From: an uncultured Mycoplasmatota bacterium
Lineage (GTDB): Bacteria > Bacillota_I > Bacilli_A > RF39 > UBA660
Direction: 5' to 3'
DNA length: 64,000 nt
Assembly (NCBI GenBank): GCA_946498975.1
Contig: CAMMQC010000001.1
Location: 1-64,000, forward strand
In this document: positions 49,187 through 56,960 of the stretch, in pieces
How the letters are laid out: each line of letters opens with the position of its first letter
How positions within the stretch are numbered: the stretch's first letter is position 1
Made by a program: the position numbers and the translations under genes
Notes under the pieces: generated by a model
The model's input: the letters and a program-made list of their open reading frames with translations, nothing else
Told to the model about the DNA's origin: nothing
The model's database searches: none

Positions 49187-51361
49187 CTACAAATGAATTG
49201 GATTAAAGTCAACATCTAAGTTTACTTTATTGATAGATGCATAATAATCAACTAGTTTTTCTAAGACTTCATGAATATTATCTTGATACTGATATTTTAA
49301 TATTAATTGATAGTGATAAATATTTTGTTTTTTAAAGATAGATGCAGGACTAGGTCCTAAGATAATGGTCTTATCTAAATATTTATGGCAAACTTTCTCA
49401 CACTTCTTCGCTTCAACTAATGCTAACTTACTATCTTTACTAGAAATATTTAAAGATACAAGATAATAGTAAGGAGGATATTTCATTAACTTTCTTACTT
49501 TCATCTCTTCTTTATAAAAAGACTTGTAATCATTTTCTTTTGCATTTATAATTGCATAATTATCGGGATTAAAGGTCTGAAAGATAACTTTACCTTCTCT
49601 TTCACTTCTTCCTGCTCTTCCTGCTACTTGGCTAAGTAAATCAAATGTTTTTTCACTGCTTCTAAAGTCAGGTAACATTAAAGAGGTATCAGCATTTATT
49701 ACACCTACTAAAGTAACATTAGGAAAATCAAGACCCTTTGCAACCATTTGTGTACCGAGCAATATATCAGCATCTCCCTTACTAAAAGCATCTACTATTT
49801 TTTTATGAGCACCTTTCTTACTAGTAGTATCAACATCCATTCTAAGAACTCGAGCCTTAGGTAATATTTCTTTTAGTTCTTCTTCTATTTTCTCAGTACC
49901 AACTCCTAAGTCTTTTAAAGACTTCTCATGACACTTAGGACATGTAACTTCATACTTAGTTGCATAACCACAATAATGACATCTTAAGATATTACTACTC
50001 TTATGATATGTTAAAGTTATATCACAGTTAGGACATTTAACACTCTCGCCACAATTAGAACAGGTAACAAATGAAGAATAACCTCTTCTATTTAATAGAA
50101 GTATTACTTGTTCACCTTTTTCTATAGTCTTATTAATTTCATCTATTAAAGGAAGAGAGAAATGTCCCTTAGCCCTACCAACTTCTTTATTCATATCAAT
50201 TAACTCTACTTTAGGCAATTCTTTACCATTTACACGTTTTTCTAATGTTACTAGATTAAAGACATCTTTTAATCCTCTAGCATACTCTTCTAACATAGGT
50301 GTTGCACTACCAAGTACTACCTTTGCATTATTATCTTTTGCACGTTTAATCGCTACATCTTTAGCATTATATCTAGGGTTATTATCTTGTTTATAAGAAT
50401 CACTATGACACTCGTCTATAATAATAAGACCAAGATTTTTAAGAGGAGCGAATACTGCACTTCTAGCACCTATTACAATATCTGCTTCTCCTTTTACTAT
50501 TCTTCTATACTCATCATACTTCTCTCCATCAGATAAGGCACTGTGTAGTAATGCTATATTATTTCCAAATCTTTCTTCAAAGCGTTTAATTAACTGAGGT
50601 GTTAGAGATATTTCAGGTACTAAAACAATACTCTTTAAGCCTTTTTCTAAATACTTATCAATAAGTTCCATATAAACTTCAGTCTTACCACTACCAGTAA
50701 CACCATATAATAAAGAAACTGTATTTTCAGTAGTTAAAATATTATTAACTGTATTTTCTTGTAATGGAGTTAATTTCTTTATTTTTTTATCACTTTCTTC
50801 ATAATCTAATCTATAAACTTCTTCTTCTAAAACTCTTAAAATATCATTCTTAACTAAAGTATTTAGAATAGATATAGAGACATCTTTTAACTCATCACGA
50901 CTTAGTTTTTCTTTACCTTTAAATAAGCCTACAACTTCTCTTTGCTTATCAGTTAATTTCTTATCATAATCATTTAAATAGTATACTTTTCTATATTTTT
51001 TCTTAACATCACTTTTAATACTAGCTTTATATCCTTTAGGAAGCATTACTTGATAACAACTAATTAGAGAGGCTAAGGTTGTCTTATGTAAATATTCTCC
51101 TAATTCTAATAATTCTTTAGTAAGTATTACTTCTTCATCAAGGACTTCTTCTATTTCTTTTAACTTTTCTACACCACTATTTTTATCTTTCTCTAAAATA
51201 AAACCTACTAAAGTTCTATTACCAAAAGGAACCTTTACTCTTTTACCTATTTCTATTTTATCTTCTAAATATTTAGGAACTAAATAATCAAAGATTCTAT
51301 CAACACTTTTACTAGTTATCTCAACTAAAACACCTACTACCAAGTTATCACTTCCTTTCAT
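49187..51361 (-). CDS. priA: Primosomal protein N' (replication restart helicase PriA)
   Basis: GVTGSGKTEVY Walker A, DECH box, Cys-rich zinc-binding region CSNCGESVKCPNCD...CHYCGY...CPKC. Confidence 0.9.
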   Translation of the reverse strand: MKGSDNLVVGVLVEITSKSVDRIFDYLVPKYLEDKIEIGKRVKVPFGNRTLVGFILEKDKNSGVEKLKEIEEVLDEEVILTKELLELGEYLHKTTLASLISCYQVMLPKGYKASIKSDVKKKYRKVYYLNDYDKKLTDKQREVVGLFKGKEKLSRDELKDVSISILNTLVKNDILRVLEEEVYRLDYEESDKKIKKLTPLQENTVNNILTTENTVSLLYGVTGSGKTEVYMELIDKYLEKGLKSIVLVPEISLTPQLIKRFEERFGNNIALLHSALSDGEKYDEYRRIVKGEADIVIGARSAVFAPLKNLGLIIIDECHSDSYKQDNNPRYNAKDVAIKRAKDNNAKVVLGSATPMLEEYARGLKDVFNLVTLEKRVNGKELPKVELIDMNKEVGRAKGHFSLPLIDEINKTIEKGEQVILLLNRRGYSSFVTCSNCGESVKCPNCDITLTYHKSSNILRCHYCGYATKYEVTCPKCHEKSLKDLGVGTEKIEEELKEILPKARVLRMDVDTTSKKGAHKKIVDAFSKGDADILLGTQMVAKGLDFPNVTLVGVINADTSLMLPDFRSSEKTFDLLSQVAGRAGRSEREGKVIFQTFNPDNYAIINAKENDYKSFYKEEMKVRKLMKYPPYYYLVSLNISSKDSKLALVEAKKCEKVCHKYLDKTIILGPSPASIFKKQNIYHYQLILKYQYQDNIHEVLEKLVDYYASINKVNLDVDFNPIHL

Positions 51362-51400
51362 GTTAAAACTTTGTTCGTAAAATATTTTAAAGAAAAAGGC

Positions 51401-52651
51401 TTATGCAAACAAAGCCATATATATTAAGAATCCTAAGAATATTAAACTAACAATAAGTCCATTAATCTTTTCAAAGTTACTACTTTTATATTTAACACCG
51501 ACACCTATCATCATTAAAGCTCCACCAATTAAACCACCAATATGAGCGGCATTATCAATACCAGGAACCATAAAACCAAGTATTAAGTTAATAACAATCA
51601 AAGGTATAATTTGACTCTTAATAACCGTACCAAGATAAACTCTATAATGATATCCAAAGTAAAGTAACGCTCCAAGAAGACCAAATATCGCTCCACTTGC
51701 TCCTACACTTAAAGCATCAGGTGTTACTACTACCGATAATAAAGATCCACATACTGCACTAAATAAGTAAACAACTAAATATCTCCATTTACCTATAAAG
51801 CTTTCTAACTGCATACCTATAATCCATAAAGCATACATATTGAAAAGTAAATGGGCAATATTTGCATGAACAAACGCCGCAGTGATTAATCTATAGTAAT
51901 CTCCCATTTTAAAAAATGGGCCATAACTTCCAAGATAAGTTATTACAGTATCAGAATTACCTAAGAGCATTGGAATAAAGTATACTAACAAATTAATTAT
52001 AATTAAAGCATAAGTAACAACAGGCTTTTTAGGTGAAAAAACATCTGCAACTTTTTCTTGATCTTTTTTATTATGATCATTTATATCATTAGTAACTTTA
52101 ATGAATAATTCTATTCCCTCTTCACTAAATTTTAACTTACGAGAAAGGTCAGGAAAAATAGATTTTAATAATTTATTTTTCTTAACATCAGCATCTTCAT
52201 GTACTTCTACTGCTGTTATATTATCAGTTTTAAATTCATCTAAATTAACCGCTCCACCTAAATCCAAAAAGATACTTAGTGTATTTAATTTAAATGATAA
52301 AGTTTTCTTCTTTATTTTTCTTAAGATTCTATTAGTCTTAAATATATCAAATTTATATTGTTCATCATTATGAATATATCTCATTACTAATCTAACTACT
52401 TTATAATCTTCATCTAGGTTTTCAAGCCAAATCTCATCTTCTGCACCTTGTAATATTATAGGAGTGTATCCTTTTTCAGTTATAAAGTAATGAAGAAGTT
52501 TCATAGCTAGAGTATTTTTCTCATTCATATCTATAATATGTTCTTCCATAGATATCTCCTCCGATATATATTCTATCATATTTTGGATTAGAAATAAACA
52601 CATTATAATTTTGTTTAATCCTATATTGTTTATTGTTGGAATTTCTTTCAA
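51401..52651 (-). CDS. Rhomboid-family intramembrane serine protease with N-terminal cytoplasmic domain
   Basis: C-terminal 6-TM core with HLLFNMYAL and GASGAIFGLLGA (catalytic Ser) and AHIGGLIGG (catalytic His). Confidence 0.75.
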   Translation of the reverse strand: MKEIPTINNIGLNKIIMCLFLIQNMIEYISEEISMEEHIIDMNEKNTLAMKLLHYFITEKGYTPIILQGAEDEIWLENLDEDYKVVRLVMRYIHNDEQYKFDIFKTNRILRKIKKKTLSFKLNTLSIFLDLGGAVNLDEFKTDNITAVEVHEDADVKKNKLLKSIFPDLSRKLKFSEEGIELFIKVTNDINDHNKKDQEKVADVFSPKKPVVTYALIIINLLVYFIPMLLGNSDTVITYLGSYGPFFKMGDYYRLITAAFVHANIAHLLFNMYALWIIGMQLESFIGKWRYLVVYLFSAVCGSLLSVVVTPDALSVGASGAIFGLLGALLYFGYHYRVYLGTVIKSQIIPLIVINLILGFMVPGIDNAAHIGGLIGGALMMIGVGVKYKSSNFEKINGLIVSLIFLGFLIYMALFA

Positions 52652-52759
52652 ATGAATATTATTCTTATCAAAGTCTGCATAAGCTTTTAAACTTTACTTA
52701 TAGATGAAAAACAGAAATCTGTTAATTACGAAATTCCTTTCAGATTTCTGTATTAAAAA

Positions 52760-53674
52760 TTATTTTCTTCTTAAATTTAATGTTTTTTTCAAAACAGGTC
52801 CATCTTGTTCATCTATTGAAACATAATTTTGCTCAAAGCCAGGTTGTACTTCTAAATCCTTTTTTGTAGTACTATCATCAATACGAGATTGTCTAATTTC
52901 TTCAATAACTTTTTCTATTTTTTCATCTGTATCTTCATTTTTTTCAAACAGATAAACTGTAAATGTTTTATCTTTAGCTTCTTCTTCAGTCATTTTTTCA
53001 TAAGGATGTGTAATTTTATAATCTTCTGACTTAAATTTAATCCTACTAACAGGACTATTTGGATTTGGAATACCTATAATTGCTACATTTTTATCATCAA
53101 TTTTACCGATTCTATAAGAAAAATTTGTTGTTTCATTTAATCTTTTCACTTCATCTAAAGTATAATTTAGTGGTAATAATTCTTCATAATATAAGGAAGT
53201 CAATCCATGATCCACAACAATAGGTCTCTTCCCAATAAAGCCAAAAAATTCTTCCTCTTCTTCTTTTCCCACTGTAAACGAAGTAAATATTAATTTTTGC
53301 ATTTTAGTACTCATTTTTTTATATTGTTCCTTTTCATTGTCAGACATAGGAACAATTGCATCTTTAATTTTTGGATCTGTCATTACTGTTTTTTTCATTT
53401 TTTCTGCTTTTATTCCTGCATTTACTAAATTAACTCCTGGAACTAATATTAATAAAATTTCTAATATTTTTTTGATACCATTTTTTCCATGTTTTTCTTC
53501 TGATTGTTTCTTTTTATATTCATCTAACACACTTTTATCAATCTTATAGCCATTTTTTGAAATTTCTAATATAGAATCTATTCCAGCATTAAAGATGATA
53601 GCATAAGCTCCAACTACAGTAACTAGTTCTCCAATAATTCCTAAAAATATATACATATAAACCTCCATTAGCAA
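52760..53674 (-). CDS. Hypothetical membrane protein (two predicted TM helices)
   Basis: 304-aa ORF. No recognisable domain. Confidence 0.35.
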   Translation of the reverse strand: MLMEVYMYIFLGIIGELVTVVGAYAIIFNAGIDSILEISKNGYKIDKSVLDEYKKKQSEEKHGKNGIKKILEILLILVPGVNLVNAGIKAEKMKKTVMTDPKIKDAIVPMSDNEKEQYKKMSTKMQKLIFTSFTVGKEEEEEFFGFIGKRPIVVDHGLTSLYYEELLPLNYTLDEVKRLNETTNFSYRIGKIDDKNVAIIGIPNPNSPVSRIKFKSEDYKITHPYEKMTEEEAKDKTFTVYLFEKNEDTDEKIEKVIEEIRQSRIDDSTTKKDLEVQPGFEQNYVSIDEQDGPVLKKTLNLRRK

Positions 53675-53754
53675 AAGTAACTTGATAGAAATATTATATC
53701 ATACCGCGGACGTTGTCCGCAACCTAAAAGAGGACCTAAAAAATATGTCTTAAT

Positions 53755-53885
53755 TCTGAAAGTAAATGCAACTAACACTATAACACTTGCAACTACTTTC
53801 AGAATATCACTTGCACTTAGTTTCAGATTAACCTACTTATATCTATTATCAATTAATAAATAAATATTTGCATTTAGTTTCAGAC
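53755..53885. promoter_or_regulatory. Cluster of four copies of a 17-bp motif TTGCAnyTAsTTTCAGA, one inverted and three direct. Candidate regulator binding sites.
   Basis: TCTGAAAGTAAATGCAA at 53755-53771 (inverted). TTGCAACTACTTTCAGA at 53787-53803. TTGCACTTAGTTTCAGA at 53811-53827. TTGCATTTAGTTTCAGA at 53869-53885. Confidence 0.5.
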
Positions 53886-54008
53886 TAAGTGCTTTTTAGT
53901 GTGTTATAAGATAAACTATCTTCTTATAAGGAGGTGTTTATTATGTTGTAATTATTTAATTAAATAGTAAAAGATAAAGAAGGGGTAAAAAGGAAGGAGA
54001 AAATAAAC

Positions 54009-54410
54009 ATGAATGATAATATTAGAACAATTTATTTGGATTATAAGTTGTTTGTTATGGAAATTGAAGACAGTGAAGAAATATACAAAACAACTTTAAC
54101 GTATATTTCATCTAATAATCAAAAATATGATAAGGAAGAAATAATAGTTTCTTTAAAATCAATTACTGAAACTTTTTCTAATATAATTGATTATCAAAAA
54201 ACAATAGAAAACCTTTTGAAAGATAACGAACTTATACCAAGTTATTATTTATTAATAGTTCTTATTATTAATAATATTACAGATAAGATATGGATTCTAT
54301 TAGAAATATTAAAAAGTCAAAAAACAGAACATAAATCAATAACTAAAGTGGAAAATATTTTCAATTTAACAAATCATCTTCTAAAAAATATGGATTATAT
54401 ATTCTATTGA
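54009..54410 (+). CDS. Hypothetical protein
   Basis: 133-aa ORF with RBS AAGGAAGGAG. Downstream of the motif cluster. Confidence 0.4.
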   Translation: MNDNIRTIYLDYKLFVMEIEDSEEIYKTTLTYISSNNQKYDKEEIIVSLKSITETFSNIIDYQKTIENLLKDNELIPSYYLLIVLIINNITDKIWILLEILKSQKTEHKSITKVENIFNLTNHLLKNMDYIFY

Positions 54411-54432
54411 ATAGAAGTGGAATATTATAAAA

Positions 54433-54603
54433 ATGAAAAAGAAGAATCATCTATCTGATGCAGAAAGAAAAACAATCGAAAACCTTTTAAATGAAGGATG
54501 TAATATTAAAACAATCAGTGATACTATATCAAGAAGTATTTCAACAGTAGCAAGAGAAATTGAAAAACATAAACAAATTCTTTATTATTTTTCCACTCTT
54601 TAG
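54433..54603 (+). pseudogene. IS30-family transposase remnant, N-terminal HTH only (56 codons)
   Basis: MKKKNHLSDAERKTIENLLNEGCNIKTISDTISRSISTVAREIEKH matches the conserved IS30 N-terminal HTH (..LTLEER..IE.LL.EG.S.R.IA..LGRS.STISREIKRN). The ORF stops right after. No catalytic domain and no inverted repeats were found. Confidence 0.55.
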
Positions 54604-54754
54604 GTATCTTAGTAGAACTAGCATGAATATATAATTCTCCTCTATAATTAGTCTTAAAACTTCTAGTTTCTATTTTCTTTTTACCAAGTTTTATCAAAGT
54701 TGCATATGGTTCTGTTAAACTAAGTACTTTCACTTTATAATTCCTCCATGACAT
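54524..54754 (-). CDS. ASCH-domain protein, probably C-terminally truncated at the junction with the IS30 remnant
   Basis: VKVLSLTEPYATLIKLGKKKIETRSFKTNYRGELYIHAS matches the ASCH N-terminal core. The last about 15 codons are antisense of the IS30 fragment and look non-native. Confidence 0.4.
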   Translation of the reverse strand: MSWRNYKVKVLSLTEPYATLIKLGKKKIETRSFKTNYRGELYIHASSTKIPKEWKNNKEFVYVFQFLLLLLKYFLI

Positions 54755-55203
54755 TTTAATTCATATATTAGTTTTTTATCTTTATATATCTGTTCAGTAC
54801 CTACAAAGTTTTCCATATCTCCATCTACATTAAAGGTATAAAGATAGCATTCATTTATAAACTCTTTAGGACCTCTAATAGGAATAACACTTTTATCTTC
54901 TCCTACCTTCATAAGAGCGACTCTTAAGACTTTGTCCATCACTTCTTCAGTTAAACTAGAGTCTAATGTAACTCCATAATAATTCATTCCCCAAAGAATA
55001 TTATCATTATAATAAACTACTTCTTCACCCATAAACTTAATTCCACCAAAATAAGTATCATGATAGGTAAAATTGCCATCTGTAAACTCATAATCTTTTG
55101 AGTTTAATCTACTAGGTATAACTTTAGGAGCATCACTATTAGCATAAGTACCTTTCTTTGCTTTCACTAAAAACTCTAAAAATTCTTTGTTATTTATATT
55201 CAT
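54730..55203 (-). CDS. Hypothetical protein (157 aa)
   Basis: ORF in an apparent three-gene minus-strand operon. No recognisable motif. Confidence 0.4.
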   Translation of the reverse strand: MNINNKEFLEFLVKAKKGTYANSDAPKVIPSRLNSKDYEFTDGNFTYHDTYFGGIKFMGEEVVYYNDNILWGMNYYGVTLDSSLTEEVMDKVLRVALMKVGEDKSVIPIRGPKEFINECYLYTFNVDGDMENFVGTEQIYKDKKLIYELKCHGGIIK

Positions 55204-55212
55204 ATTATCTTA

Positions 55213-55614
55213 TCATCCTTTCTTAGATATATTAGGTATTTCACTTCGAGGAATTATTCTTACTTTAACTTTATCCATACCTAATAATTTACATTTTACT
55301 AATCTATGAAGCCCATCTAAAATAACTAATCTGTCTTTATTCGCCATAACATCAATTGGATAAGTTATATTAGACTGCATAACTCTATCATATTGTGATT
55401 TATACTTTACTGGATTATTTATAACATCAAGAGGCTTTAAAACATACCACTCATTATTCCAGTTCCAAAATGGAATATCAAAATGCCATTCTAGTATTTC
55501 AATACTAATTTCTTGTTCAGGATAGTCAAGCTTCCAAACATCTTGCTCATCCCAGTCAAAATCAAAACCATATTCTAAAACACTTTGGGGAATTTCTTTA
55601 TTCATCTCCTTCAC
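55213..55614 (-). CDS. ParB/sulfiredoxin-like nuclease-domain protein (133 aa)
   Basis: C-terminal PIDVMANKDRLVILDGLHRLVKCKLLGMDKVKVRIIP resembles the ParB N-terminal/ParBc DGxHR motif. Start overlaps the rluD end. Confidence 0.4.
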   Translation of the reverse strand: MKEMNKEIPQSVLEYGFDFDWDEQDVWKLDYPEQEISIEILEWHFDIPFWNWNNEWYVLKPLDVINNPVKYKSQYDRVMQSNITYPIDVMANKDRLVILDGLHRLVKCKLLGMDKVKVRIIPRSEIPNISKKG

Positions 55615-56497
55615 TCTCCAAACTATTTAAATAATCTAAAAATTCTTTAGGTGGAACTTGCTCAAAATACAACTCTTTACCTGTAATAGGATGTATAAAT
55701 CTAATACTCTTAGAATGTAACATTTGTCCAAACTCTGTTGTATTCTTATGATTACCATATAAAGGATCATTACTAACTGGATGTTTAATGTAGTTTAAAT
55801 GTACTCTTATCTGATGAGTTCTACCTGTTTCTAAGATACATTCTATTAAGGTATTATTCTTAAATCTTTTTAACACTCTAAAATTAGTTATTGCATCTTT
55901 ACTATTATGAGCAGTTACAACCATCTTTTGTCTATTGGTATCATCTCTTCCAATAGGAGCATCAATAGTACCAGTCTCATGCATAATAAGTCCATCAACT
56001 ATGGCAAGATAATGTCTTTCTATTTTTTTATTTTTAATCATATCACTAAGTAATTCCATAGTTTTAATATCTTTGGCAACCACCATTAAACCACTAGTAT
56101 CTTTATCAAGGCGATGAACAATACCTGGTCTAAAGGTACCATCTTTACTTACTTTAGAGTGATAAATAAGAGCATTAACTAAAGTATCAGTAACATGTCC
56201 TGGAGCAGGATGAACAACAAGTCCACTCCCTTTATTAATAATCATTAAGTATTCATCTTCATAAACAATATCAAGAGGAATATTAGTAGGTTCTAAATTG
56301 TCTAAATTTATCTCTTCATCAAAACTTACTTCAATAACATCACCTATTTTTACTTTACAACTAGCATTTTTCTCTTTACCATTAACAAGTACTTTATTGT
56401 CACTTATAAGTTTAGATACTCTACTCCTAGATAAATCACTATTACTTGCAATATAACTATCTAGTCTTACCCCTTCACTATTTACTTCTAACTTCAT
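55598..56497 (-). CDS. rluD: 23S rRNA pseudouridine synthase, RluA family (RluD-like) with N-terminal S4 domain
   Basis: HRLDKDTSGLMVVAKD catalytic motif. S4-like N-terminus. Confidence 0.85.
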   Translation of the reverse strand: MKLEVNSEGVRLDSYIASNSDLSRSRVSKLISDNKVLVNGKEKNASCKVKIGDVIEVSFDEEINLDNLEPTNIPLDIVYEDEYLMIINKGSGLVVHPAPGHVTDTLVNALIYHSKVSKDGTFRPGIVHRLDKDTSGLMVVAKDIKTMELLSDMIKNKKIERHYLAIVDGLIMHETGTIDAPIGRDDTNRQKMVVTAHNSKDAITNFRVLKRFKNNTLIECILETGRTHQIRVHLNYIKHPVSNDPLYGNHKNTTEFGQMLHSKSIRFIHPITGKELYFEQVPPKEFLDYLNSLESEGDE

Positions 56498-56960
56498 ACC
56501 TCTTACCTCTTTCTTTTAATATTTCTTTAATTATAACTACAATTATTCCTACTACTATTAATATATCTGCAAAGTTAAAGATAGGATAGTTGTATCCTAA
56601 TATTTTAAATGATAAGTAGTCTATAATGTAACCATCTATTAATCTATCAAGAAAATTACCTAATAGACCTGCTAAGACTAGAGAATAACCTATAGAAAGT
56701 ACTCTATCATCTAAATTATTCTTTAACTCATAAATTATAAAGAATAGACAAATTATTGCGATAAGTATTAATAGATAAATCCTACTTGCAAATAAAGAAA
56801 AGGCTGCTCCATCATTTAAAACATAGGTTAAGGAAAAGAAATTATCTATAATATTAACAGTTGTTAAATAAGTACTAACTAAGTATTTTAACAATAAATC
56901 TATTCCTAACAAAACACTAACTAATATAACCACTAATATAATATTACTCTTCTTCTTCAT
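56478..56960 (-). CDS. lspA: Lipoprotein signal peptidase II
   Basis: Four TM, NLGAAF-like DGAAFSLF and FNFADILIVVG motifs. Confidence 0.8.
   Translation of the reverse strand: MKKKSNIILVVILVSVLLGIDLLLKYLVSTYLTTVNIIDNFFSLTYVLNDGAAFSLFASRIYLLILIAIICLFFIIYELKNNLDDRVLSIGYSLVLAGLLGNFLDRLIDGYIIDYLSFKILGYNYPIFNFADILIVVGIIVVIIKEILKERGKRYEVRSK

Noticed and set aside
52101-53549. Plus-strand ORFs 52101..52373 and 53337..53549
   Set aside because: Antisense to the rhomboid gene and the membrane protein gene respectively.
53704-53721. GC-rich palindrome CGCGGACGTTGTCCGCA considered as a tRNA fragment or terminator
   Set aside because: Too short for a tRNA and lacks the T-arm GTTCGA-type signature. 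No adjacent T-run on either strand, so not a convincing intrinsic terminator. Kept only as a possible protein-binding site within the 53700-53900 finding.
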